Source: Rhizaria sp. SCN 62-66
Lineage: Eukaryota
Direction: 5' to 3'
DNA: 64,000 nt
NCBI GenBank assembly: GCA_001724265.1
Contig: MEDY01000318.1
Coordinates: 1 to 64,000, forward strand
A model generated the notes under the pieces. It saw only the letters and a list, made by a program, of their open reading frames with translations. It ran no database searches and was not told where the DNA came from. This document shows, piece by piece, positions 11,443 through 23,594 of this stretch. The translations under genes and the position numbers were made by a program. Within the stretch, counting starts at the first letter, position 1. Each line of letters begins with the position of its first letter.

Positions 11443-14400
11443 ATGTCGCAGCCCTCCGACGGCGGCAACAACAACGCTGGCGGTCACAGTGGCAGCGGCA
11501 ACGCTGGCTACTCCCGCTCGACTTCGTCCACAGCTGACTGGATCTCGCGCCAGAAAAAGGTACATATCTCAACCAAATCTCTCCATATTGCAGTATACCT
11601 TCACTGTCAACAACAAAAACTCTAATTTTCATTATTTCCTTCTTTTTATTTCATTTTAGATTGTTGGTAATGACAATGGCAACATTGCTGCCGCGGCCTC
11701 AGCTGCCGCGAAGCTCCGCGCCGCCTCTGCCTCTGCCAGCGCTGTGAGTCAGCATCAACAACAACAGCATCAACAACAGCGCCCCGCTGCCAAGTACACC
11801 AGCAAGGACATGATTGGCATGAAAGTTGCCCACTCACTCTCCGACCTCGGCCTCAACAACAACCCCTATGGTGACGATGATGACGGCGATGGTGGCAGCG
11901 GCGCTGGAATGGGGCAAAAGGGGGTGATGTTGACGCTTAAGGACCGTGAGACAGGGGTTTTGACCAAGAAAACCGTCCGTGGCATCGACTCCTTCTTCGA
12001 CGACGACGACGGGACTGACTCAATCTTCAGCTCTTCGAAGCCTAAATCAAGCAAAAACACCGCTAACGCTCACGATGACGACGACGAGGATGAGCTTGTC
12101 TCCATCGACATCTTAACCCAGCAAAAGCAGGCCAAAACCAACGCTCTTCGCGCCACAGCGAAAAAGGACGTCTACAGCGCGTATAAGAGTACTGCTGACT
12201 CCGCCGCCAACGACACTCTGCTCGCCCACTACGATGACTACGACACCGCGAATTACGGCAGCTACAACGACAGCAACGGCTCCGAGCAGTCCTCCGGGAC
12301 TGGCGACAAGAAAGGCGGGTTCATTCGTGTCGGTGTGAAGGGCCACAGCGGTGACGAGGGGGATTTTACTGAGTCAGCAGAAATGCGTGACCGTGCCGAC
12401 CGGGCCCGCCGTGGAGGGGCGGAGGCCTTTGCAGTCGATATCACTCAGGGCGGCTTAACTTCCCGCGACTACGACACTGGTGATGGCGGTAGCGAGAACA
12501 ACACCAACAAGACGCATACGTATCAGTCTGATTTCGAGACTCAACATCACGCGAGTGCAAGCGTTGGCTTTAAGAAGAAGAATAAGAACAAAGCCAATAA
12601 CAACCACGGTGAGATTGGCAGTGATGCGAACGGTGGTGCCGTAGGTTCGAGCCGTGATATCATCACCTCGCTCACGAACGCAGCCGGCAGCGGCAACAAC
12701 AACAACAACACTGCTGCTGATGCTGTTGTTGGGGAGAGTGTAAGTGGTGGCAGTAGTGACCGTGGCAACCGTGGCAGTCGCCGTGCCCCTCTCAACCCTC
12801 TGTCCACGGGCATCACGAGTACTGGTATCACGAGTACCGGCGGCATGAGTACTGTCGCAGGGACTTCCTCGGGTGCGAGTGTTTTGGCAGGCGCAACTGC
12901 CGACGAGCTTATCGCTGCGAAAAAACAAGCGTTACGTGACTCTGCGTACATGAAGGCTCTCCGGTCTGCCGAAGAGCAAACTCGCTTACTCTTACTTCCC
13001 GCTGGCTCCTCTTCTTCTGCTGCTGCTCGCGGCAGTGGCGGCGGTGGAGTGACCGTGGGCACCGCGAGTACCAGGGCGGGGGGTGTTCCGAGTACTGGGA
13101 GTTATAGCGCCACTGTGGAGAGTGAAGAGGCTGACTACGCGGCTGCGCTCACAGTCACCAGTGCTCCTCCCCCGGGAGTAATCGTGAGCAGCACGGGTAC
13201 CCTCACGGGACCCACGGGTACCGGCGGGGTGAGTGAAGTTGCGAGGCGTGCTGCCTTAATGCGGCAACGTGACGCAGAAGCAGCTGCCAAGGTCAAGGCG
13301 GAGGCTGCGGCTACGGCTTTGGCGTCAGTTGTCACAGACAGCGGCGCCCAACTGACTGTGAGCAGCTCGGGTACTGTTGGGGTCATGGGTACCCCTGCTG
13401 CTACGGTGAAGCGTGAGTACTCGTCGTTTATGACCGATGACGATATCATCAAGCCCGAACCTCGATCTAATGCCGCAACGGCCACTGCCACTGCGACTGT
13501 AACGGTTACTGCAACTGCGATGACTGATAACGACGCAAAGCCTCTCTTGCCTTCAAGCAACTCGCACAACGCCACCACAAGCACAACCGTCAAGCCAGAG
13601 CCTGCTTCTGCTTCCACTTCTGTCTCGGCTTCTGCTGAGTCAGCAGCAGCAGCGGCAGCTGAGATGGAACTGCGCTCACTGCGCCCTGATGCCACTTCAG
13701 CTCGGGAGTCTGCAGCTTATGCCGCTGCCTCCGCCGCCGCTGACGCCGCCGCCGCTGACGCCGCCGCCGCCGCCGCCGCTGAGAGCGCCAAGACTCAGGT
13801 GGAGGCTGATGCTAGTGGGGAGACGGAGCCTGCGAGTGCTGAGTTCAATCCCCGGTCGATGGCGGCCGTCTTGGCGATGGCGCGGCAACGGGGCCTGCTC
13901 CAGAGTAGCGCCAGCGGCGCCGGACAAGCCGGTCGCCGGTTGGAAGGGCGGGCTAAGGACCGCCGGACGGGGAGTTACTACGACGACTCCGACTCGGACT
14001 CGGACACCGATGCTGCCAATGCGAGTAACGCACAGACTAACGCCAGCGCTCGTGGCGGCCGCGGAAACAACAACAGTAACAACAATAATAACAACCGTCG
14101 TGGTGGCGGTGGTGGTAATGCGAACAGTGGCGAGCTTGTCATCGATGGGGTCGTCGTCGACACAAACGTCCACAAAAAGTTCGGCAAGATTGATCTAAGG
14201 TATACTGACAGTGAGGGTCGTGAGTTGACGCAACGTGAAGCCTTCCGTCAGATGTCCCACGCGTTCCATGGCACTGATGCCGGCAAGCGCAGTCAGGAAA
14301 AGGCGTTGAAGCAAAGGCAGATGGAACTCAAGCAGCGTGCCGCTGCTGCTGCGGCGAGCTCGATCTTCACTTCCAGCAATAACAACAACAGCACCAATGG

Positions 14401-14860
14401 CGCTGCGAGTGCTGTGGGATCCAGCAGCCTTAACGTTACTGGTGCGGCGGCGGCGATGGGTGGATACGTTGAGCTTGAAGATGGCAAGACTGCGATGCAA
14501 CGCATGGTGCAACTGGCTCGCGCAGGCGGCCTAACTTCCGGAGGCGGCCTAACTTCAGCGCAGCAAAGCGTCAGTGCGGGCGTTAAGGCTGAGCCTAGCG
14601 CTGCTCCTGCTGTTGGCGATGTTGCTGCCGCCGCTCCTGTCTATGCATCAACTCAAAGCGTAACCACCCAGGCGAACACTATTTTTTCTCGCTCAAGCTC
14701 GAGTCTGACTGCTGCGTCTGCTGCGGCGCCTGTCGCTGCGGGTGCGCCGGCTGCTGCTGTGGGTGGGATTGGTAGTGGCGATGCGCTGGGTCGCCGTGTT
14801 GGCGGGAAGATTGCACTGTCTTTGGCGCAGCCGACTGCAAAGAAGCCTCGCCTTCCTTGA
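11443..14860 (+). CDS. SART1: U4/U6.U5 tri-snRNP protein SART1/Snu66
   Basis: Exons 11443-11559 and 11660-14860. Motifs GMKVAHSLSDL, VMLTLKD and the conserved C-terminal block IDLRYTDSEGRELTQREAFRQMSHAFHG..GKRSQEK. Stop TGA. Confidence 0.88.
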
Positions 14861-15362
14861 GTCGCCACGTTACTAATCACAAAAACAAAGATATATCGCC
14901 ACCCGCAGTTATAAGGAGGCTTAATTTAGTACATAATTATATTTTACGTTGCAATACATATTATAGCAAGATTTTAGTTCGTGATAATGTGATTGGCGCC
15001 TGCTCTCGCGTGCAACAAATATGATTGACTCGAATCTGGCGTGGGGTTCCGAAAAAAGCTGTGGCGAGTTGCAGCCTGAATGAACGGCGCGGGCCGACCA
15101 ATGACGAAGAAGGCATATTTCAAGGGCATAAAAGCCAATATTCCACTCGACAGCTTGGAATGCCGCGGGTGTCTTGGGCTGTATGCGCGTGTTATTAACC
15201 TCTCATTTAAGTTTTGCTTTAACCAGCACCTGTGAAGGTTTCCAATTCCGCTCCCGAGCTAGTCCCTCCAATCGTGCCGATGACGAACCCTTTCCGACTC
15301 ACGCTTCCCCGCTCCTCCCCCGTCCTAATCCTCTTGTTCCGACCCGCCACAGACCCCGCGCG

Positions 15363-17756
15363 ATGCGCTTCGCCGGATACCTTCTCTGCCTCGTGTTGGC
15401 CTCTTCGGCCTTCATCTTGGCCACCGCCGCAGCGGCCGCCGCGTCCCACTCCAAGTCAAGCTCCAGCAGCAACAGCAAGCACTCTGCCGCCGCCAAGGCT
15501 GCTGCTGTTGCTCTCTCCTCCTCCGCTCCCGCCGGTTTCAACACCAAGACGTACGCCGCCGACGCCAACATCCCCATCGTTCCCCCCGAGCACCTCAAGC
15601 TCGAGAGCGTCTTCATGTTCGGCCGCCACGGTAACCGCGCTCCCGACCCACTCGTGGCCACCGTCTGCCCCAACCGTGCCGTCCAATCGAAGTTGTACAA
15701 GAAGCAGGGCTGCGGCCCCGGCGCGATGACCAACGTCGGTCTCCAATCCATCTGGGACCTCGGCACCTTCACCCACGATCAGTACGTGAAGACGGGCTAC
15801 GTGCCGAGCATGTACAATCGCCAGTTCGTCAACGTCCGCGCCGCTGCGTCTGACCGCACGCTCATCTCCGCCTCGGCGTGGGGGCAGACGGCCTTCCCGT
15901 CCCCGCCGCCCGGCGCACCCGCGAGCGCCCCGTCGATCCCCGTCGCGACTTTTTCGGTCCCTCCGACGCAGGATAACGTCGCCGAGGTCCGCAAGGCACG
16001 CTGTGCCGCCCGTCTTGAAGAGGATCTGGCAGAGTTTGACGCTGAAGCGGCACCGAAGCTGCTCGCCCAGTTCCGCCCCCTCATCAACAAGGTGTCCGCG
16101 GCCTGCGGGTTTGACATGACCACGACGCCCGAGGTGACTCACGGGGAGTTCTCGGTGCTCCAGGCTGTCAAGGACATTGCCGATGCGCTTACTGGTGACT
16201 TCCTTGAGGGCTTCCCCCGCATGGAGGGACTCTCTCAGGTACGTTCATGTCTTTGTACTCAACAAAATGAAAATAGGTTATCAAACTTACTCGCGAAACT
16301 TGATCTATCTACTTGTGCTTTTCCAAAATATTATTATATTCCCTCATGATATCTCATGTTCTGTTCTCACCCCCATCCTCGGTCTTTCTCTTTCTCTTTG
16401 CTTGGCTTTGTTTCCTCACTCCAGGCTGATGTAGAGGAGTTCCTCGCGTTCGCCGAGCTCATGTTCCACAAGCGCCACTACGGCGGCCGTGCCCAGCCCG
16501 CCTACCTCGCCGGTGCCGCCCCCAACCGCGTCGTCAAGATGTTCGACCGCCGCGTCTCGTGGAACGCCAACGAGACAGCCCGCGCCCTCTCCCTCCCGTC
16601 GCACCACGCGGCTCTGGCCGCCGCCGCCGAAGCTGCGGCCGCCGAAGAAGGCTCCGTGCTGCCCGTCAAGGCCCCTCGCCGCGTCTTCGCCTTCCACTGC
16701 CACCGCGAGATCCTGTACGGCTTGATCAAGTTCCTCGGGCTCCGCGTCGATGTTGCGCGCCCCGGCCTCCCGCGCGGACTCGTCCACCCCGGCTCCGGCA
16801 TCTTCTTCGAGCTGTGGCGCGACCCCGCCGCCGCCGAGGCCGCGCAGCTGGCCAACGCTGAGGAGCCCGCGCTGGACCCGAACCGCGCCAACAAGCTCCG
16901 CTACGAGCCCTCCCCGGTCGACGCGGGATACTACGTCCGCGCCGTCGTCTGGGTCCCCTGCTGGCCCGGCGACGGGGTCTCCACCGCGGCCAACGATACC
17001 GCTCCCGCGTATTGCCCCGGCCGCGTCCGCGTTCTGCCTGGCTGTGGCGGGACGGAGTTCTGCCGTTACGACCGCTTCAAGCAGCTTCTGTCCGGGAACT
17101 TCAAGGCTGTCGGTGGTGACTTCCGTCGTCAGTGCCCGATGGAGCCGGAAGGCGCTGAGGTCGTCCTGGCTGCGGCCAAGCAGAAGGCTGCTACGGCCGC
17201 TAAGAAGGCCGCGACTGCTCACGGCCACAAGGGCAAGGGCAAGTCCGCTGCTCACGGTCACAAGGGTAAGCATGGTGCGGCGAGCCACAAGCTCATGATG
17301 CTCGAGTCCGCGGGTACCGCCGGTACCCATGCTGCTCACGGTCTCTCCGCCGCGGACGCCGACGATGACTCTGAGGCTGCGCTGCACGCTGCCGATGAGG
17401 ACGAGGACGTCGCTGACGCTTACGCCGCCCTTGCTGCGGCCTACGGTGCTCCCCCGATGGCTTCCGCCGCCGCCGTGCCACCCGCCTACAAGGGGATGAC
17501 CCACGCCTTCACCCCGTCCGTCGCCGCCGCTACCGGCGGCTACGGGGTCAGCGGCGCTGGCGTCGGCGCTGGTGTCGGGATGAAGGCCACCGGTCCTATG
17601 GGTACCTCCGCGGGCTTCGCGACGGGTGTCAACGGTGCCGGTGTGGGCTTCGGCGCCGGCGCCGGCGTCGGCATGCCCGGTGGCGCTGGCGCCGCTCCGG
17701 GGGGCGGTGTCGGCGTGGGCGCGTGGGTGCAGCGCGCTGCTGCGTTCATCAACTGA
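15363..17756 (+). CDS. Secreted histidine acid phosphatase (branch 2) with a Gly/Ala/His-rich tail
   Basis: Exons 15363-16238 and 16425-17756. Signal peptide, catalytic RHGNRAP, DRTLISA and a second motif CHREIL. Stop TGA. Confidence 0.88.
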
Positions 17757-18038
17757 TTGAGATGAGACCGGAAAACGAAGACAAACTCTCGACTATTCGT
17801 CTTTCTCTCTCTACAAAGACAACAACTGCTGTATATTTATATTGCGACGTATTTGTGTCGCATTTCAGTATGTTGTTGCTGATGCGTGTTTTTTCGTATG
17901 ACACGCGTTGTTGAATTATTTTCCCGTTCAAAGATTGTAATTTGTTGTTGTTAATTTGATTCCTTGTGCTCTTGTTCTGTTCTTGCTGTTTCGACTCTGG
18001 TATCGCTGCACACAAACTCGGTTTCTAAAAATCGACCT

Positions 18039-18069
<31 letters not shown>
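18039..18069. repeat. (GTT)n microsatellite, about 10 units
   Basis: Read directly: ttgttgttgttgttgttgttgttgttgttgt, intergenic/3' UTR. Confidence 0.9.
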
Positions 18070-18431
18070 CGATGGTACATACTGCTCTCCATATGCTTCT
18101 TAATCTATCTGTACGATTGACTGACTCCACATGCACTCAATACACTCCGATATATTGATTCTCACGCTTATCTTCGACCTGCCGACAACAATGCGCTCGC
18201 CATGTGTTATTACATGTACATGTACATGTGAAATGTGACCGGGATTTGAAGTGGTATTTGTATTATTTGTGAAAGAATAGATAGAAGATAGAAATCAGGC
18301 CCTAATCCTTCGCTCATATGACTATAGATTAGATACATTATTGTGATAAAGAACAAAGAGCACATGGTGTTATATACTCCGAGACTGCTGTCATTATTGA
18401 CTGACAGACTGACTGTAGAAAATCACACTGT

Positions 18432-20151
18432 TCACTTCTTACTCTCCTCCGTGTTTGTCTCACTGTTACCAAACGCGCTGCCGGTCCACGTCTCCCCACC
18501 CCCATTCTTCTCCAAATACGCGGCACGCACACTGCCCCCCACACGGTCAAGCTCACTCTCCATCCGCTCTAAGGGGGTACTTACACCGACACCACCAGTC
18601 GCCTTGACAGCAGCCGCCAGAGCCGCCGCCCCCGCCGCCGCATCGGCCATCGAACTCGTTGCTGAGTGGCCATGAGCAGCGGGAGAATATGCTGAGTCAG
18701 CAACAGACGGCACCACGGCCGCCACGGCCGCGGGCGGCAGAGTGTCCCGCGGGCCAAGCAGCACAAACTCACTCAACGCCGGGGACGCCGCAAGTGCCGC
18801 CCGCAAGCTCGGATCCGCCACCTCGGCCAGCAACGGCGCGATCCCAGCGGCGCGGGCACGGACAAGCTCCAGTTGCGCCAGCGACTGTGCACGGAGGGAG
18901 GCGCGGGCGGCGATGAGGGCCGCATGGGCAGTGACGCGCGCAGAGGCCACGGGGGCGGCGGCGAGGACGGAGACGGACTCGCAGGCGAAACCCATCGGGG
19001 ACAGCATCGCAGTCAGCGCTTCCTGTGGCCGCCGCGAAAACCGAGAGAAAAAAAATAAGGTAATGAGTGCAAAATGTGATAAAATGTGAGATTTTTTGAG
19101 AGTTTAGGGTTTTGTAGTGCAGTTTTGTGGATACAAGAGTGGTATAACAGTTAAGAGGTACATTTTGGCTTGTGGGATTGGTATCACAATGCCCCTTCAT
19201 TGCCATCCCAATTTGAAACATGAAAAACGATCATTAAAGAAATATCAGTATTTGGGAGATATATATATACGTGTTTTTTGTGAAACATGATGACATACCT
19301 GAGCGCGCGCGAGCGCCGGAGCGCCCAGCGTCGCAGCCTCCGCCTCCGTGGCGTTAGCAGCGGCACCAATGGCGGGGACGGCGACGGGCGAAGTAGACGC
19401 GGCCGCCGCCGCCGCGAGTGCAAGCGTCTCTTCCGTGGTCAACGGTGCCAGGGCAGCGCGGATAGCACGTGCCGCAAGTGCCGGGAACGTCGACTGGACA
19501 TTACTCGCCATCTCAAACGCAAGCGAAGGAGTGATGACACGGACTTGCACAGTTGCGACGAGAGACAGAGGACGGCCATCGAGTGCGGTGACGGTGGTGT
19601 CAGGCAACATGAAACGCATGGGGTACATGTACAGCAAGTGGACGGGATACGGGTCCACCGCACGCTTGAACACGCGCGCGATTAAGTTAGGCCGCGGCAG
19701 CCTAGAGCAGAGAAAAAGCAAAGAAGGAAAAAAAGAGAGATGTCAGATGGATACAAAAACAAGATAAATATGATCTAGATGCGTACTTATGAAGGTAAAA
19801 CAATGCATATACGTTGATAGCGTACAAATTAATAATACTGGGGTGTTTTGGATTCAAATGTGATTGTTATGGCGAGATAGATATTGTGGCGTACTTAAGG
19901 GTCTCGCGAGGGCCAGCTGAGACAACGGAACCGTCCCCCTTGCGGCAGAAAGCAAACGAGTCCGCCGGCACAGTGAGCGACGATACAGCGATCTCAGTGC
20001 GGAAGAACCGCTCGAGAGTGGCGATGTTGCGGCGAGTCAGATACACAACGGAGCTTGAACTAGCAGGAGCACCAGAAGTGACAGCGGCAGCGCTGATGCT
20101 AGTGGTGAGACGAGACACCGGGAGGCGCGTCAAAGAACGCACGGCGCGCAT
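18432..20151 (-). CDS. Divergent SPFH/Band-7 (stomatin-like) protein, possibly mitochondrial
   Basis: Exons 19895-20151, 19299-19701 and 18432-19022. The Arg/Ser-rich N-terminus resembles a presequence. DTTVTALDGRPLSLVATVQVRVITPSLAF..ARAIRAALAPLTTEETL..MGFACESVSV resembles the Band-7 core by eye. Stop TGA. Confidence 0.55.
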
Positions 20152-20983
20152 GTCGTGCTCTAAAAACCACAAAATAAAAACAGTGTGCAACGTGGATATG
20201 AGTGCATTATCCAGAAAATGAAATATGTTGCGATGTAATGAGATGTTTAGGTGTTTCGGCGTGGCCGGAGGCTTCAGGAAGCAAAATGCACCGGTGTCGG
20301 ACTAGCCCAGCGCAGTGTAGCAAGCAGTTGCAGCGGGATAACAGCGGCCCTCGCATAGCCAGCGTGATGGGACATGCACGTGTAGCGGAAATGAGTGCTA
20401 GATGGCCAGGCTTGGCAGTCTGTGGCAGCCCGGCGTTCGGGTTCCAGAGGCGTGGGCTCAGCCCCCAGAGAAGACAAACAAAGTGCTCTGTGGAAACTAA
20501 GATCGTCGAAAGGCGCCTTATAAAAAGCACAACTAATTATAGAAACACCATTACCCTTGGAAATCGTCATGGCTGCGTTATCTGTCGATGCCTTCCGGCC
20601 TTTTCCGGTAGGGCCCGAACGCTGATGGGGCCATCAAACCAAGCCACCACAAATCGCCTTGTGACTGTGAGCATCAGCTGACCGCCGAGACTGAGAGACG
20701 AGTTGCAGTCAGATAGGCGAAGACCAGGGGGTGTGAATCAGCATCTTAGCGCAACCCGGCGTGCTTTCTGTCCTAGTGGTTTTGCGGATCTGCTTTATGT
20801 CAGAGATGTTAACAACAATTTTCTATCTAGTCTCTATTTTGCATGCGTACTGACGAGCGTTCCAGCGCGCTGCATGTCTTCTCTCACTTCCCGCTCCCCG
20901 CCGTTGTCTCACTCCCCCTCTCGCCGCTCCCACCGACCACTTGCTCCGCTTCCCGAACTCCAGTCCACCAGCCCGCGCAGCCC

Positions 20984-22770
20984 ATGGTGTCCTTCCCGCC
21001 CGCGTCCTGCGTTGCGGCCTCGCGCTTTGTGTCGCCGCGGTCCCGCTCCTCTGGCGGCCTGATTTCCCTCCTCGCTCTTGTCGTGGTATGCGCGCTTGCT
21101 CTGTTCGTCACTCCCGCCGAGGCCGTGCGTCGCCGTCCTACCAAGATGTCCAACAACCCCGTCTCAACGCAGTACACGCCCGAGCCGCACCACTCGCTTC
21201 ACGCCCCCATGGACACGTCGCAGTCGTACTTCACTTTCGGCGGCTCCACTGTCGCGACGAAGAAGTACATGCGTCTTACTCCCTCCACCCAGGACCGTAA
21301 GGGATTCGTCTGGAATGAGTATCCCATGGAGTCGGACGACTTTGAGGTTGAGGTCAAGCTTGAGATTTTCTCTACGCCACACTTTGGTGGTGATGGTATG
21401 GGTATTTGGTTCCTGAATGCTGAGCAGGATCCCTCCGTTTCGTCCGAGCCTTCCGCTCTTCAGGTGCGTTCCTTACTTCTTCTTCCAACTCATATAGCTC
21501 CACGACATATACTCTCCTCCAGAAATGTCGCTGATGTTAAGTTATCATAACTTCTATTGTATTATATATTCGAAAATCATTTCTATCAGCTGAGGTATAC
21601 GCTCACTATCTTTTTTTTGTTTACATGGAAAACAGGGCAATATTTTCGGCATGCGTGAGGATTTCAAGGGTGTCGGCATCTTGCTCGACGTCTACGACAA
21701 CGACTCCAAGCGCAACAACCCGTCCATCTTTGTTGTCAAGAACGACAACGGCAAGTTCCAGTACTCCCACGACCAAGATTTCGAGGACGCAATGCTCCGC
21801 ACTGTCCCCTCCAGTCTTAAGATGGAAGGCGCTACACAGGACTCCTACCGCTGCGTCGCCGATATCCGTAACTTACACCGTCCTATCAAGTTACTCGCGA
21901 AATACCTCAACCGTGTGATGCACGTGTATCTTGATACCGAAGACGGTCAGGGCTACCGCCTCTGTCTTGCTGTCGAGATCCCCGGCCAGCATCCCACTGA
22001 TCCCACCAAGTCCACGCTGAGGGACTCGCACCTTGTCTTCACCGCCGCCACCGGCCAGGTACGTTCCTTTATCTGACGGTAAAACAAAACTATGTAATAT
22101 AATTTGTCATAATCTCTCTTACTCCTTGTTTTTAGAATAAGATTGTTCAATTCGTCGAGATTCCTTCCTAATCCGTTTCTGACTCCCACCCATATCTGTC
22201 TTTTTGGCTTAATTTTGTTTCCGTTCGACCCGACTGATTTAGGTTGCTGACAACATGGACCTCGTTGAGATCACCACTCGCTACCTCAAGAACACCGACT
22301 CCCGCCCTGACATGCGTGAAATCGGTTCTTTCGGCTCCTCCGGCACCGGCTCCCTCTTCGCACAGTTGTTTTGGTTCATTATCACACTCCTCGGCATTGG
22401 TTTCCTCGGACTCACGGCCTACGAGTACCAGGAGTACCGCGCCATGCTGCGTGACCACGTCGATGCCGTCGCCGTTGCCCACCGGTTGAACGCCTACACT
22501 CTCCCCCACTTTTACGCTCACTGCGGCGTCTCGCTGTGTCTCCTTCTCTCCATGTCCTGGATTGCGTTCGCCATCAACGCGCCTCTGCTCATTGTCCGCC
22601 TGGTTCTGCACAAGTACGGCGCGCTGATGCTCTCCTCGGCTCAGATTGCGCGCTTCTCTGCCCGTGGTAGCGGTATCCTCGGCATGAGCCCCGACTCACG
22701 GTACTTCCTTGCACTGGGTACCTATGGTATCGCGGCTCTGGTTTACTGCTACCAGCTCTTTGGCAACTGA
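20984..22770 (+). CDS. L-type lectin (VIP36/ERGIC-53-like) domain fused to a C-terminal cornichon/Erv14-like domain
   Basis: Exons 20984-21463, 21636-22058 and 22243-22770. Lectin motifs YMRLTPSTQDRKGFVW, GGDGMGIWF, GNIFG..FKGVGILLDVYDN and AATGQVADNMD, then RDHVDAVAVAHRLNAYTLPHFYAH..SWIAFAINAPLL (cornichon-like). Stop TGA. Confidence 0.85.
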
Positions 22771-23594
22771 GCGCGCTATATATATATGTATAACATATAC
22801 TCATAACGTCTTGATCCTTGCGTGAATCACGCTCCTGTGATGCTATGTGTGCAGGTGCGTTGAAACGCAACGCACGTCGCATTTTCACTGTTTATGAAGC
22901 ATCAAAAGTGTTGTATGCGTGGGGAGAACTGTGCCGGGAAGTCGCGGTATAGTGGCTCTGGTGTGGCTCTTTGTTGTATAAACAACAAGGATATGTTCAA
23001 TTGCACAGGGCCACTGTAATCGAATACAAAGTTACAATTTTCAACGTCACTGGGCGCCAGTTTCATGTTTGTAAGATCATAACACGCAGCATATGACACT
23101 CATGCAAAATCTACTGATATTTTCATCATCATTTGTATTTTATGTTTTATTTATTGTGATTTTTTACTCATTATATACTCAATTTGAGCTCCTTGTGTTG
23201 ATTCGAAGTATTTACATCGCACACTCGAGATTTTAACTGAAAGGTGCCATTTGGCAAACAAGATACAGCTAAAGAAGTCACTAAACATCTTTGCTTTTGT
23301 ACCTCAATGAAAGCTTGGAGTCTCTTGGACTTGGAAGATGATGCTTAACTCCTCTACCGCAGTTATGCGCATATGCTGGACGAAACAGCAACAAACGAGA
23401 GCATCGAAACGTGCAATTCTATGACATAAATCCTTACAAATTAACCCACAGCGCATGAAAAAATAGATTCAGTACTTAATACTTCTATATGTGTATTATA
23501 TGTCCATTAACCACATCAACAACACATGGTTACATCAAAACCCTCATCCTAACAACAAGTCAGCACAAACTTCGTTCCAGCAGTTTTTGTTTTC

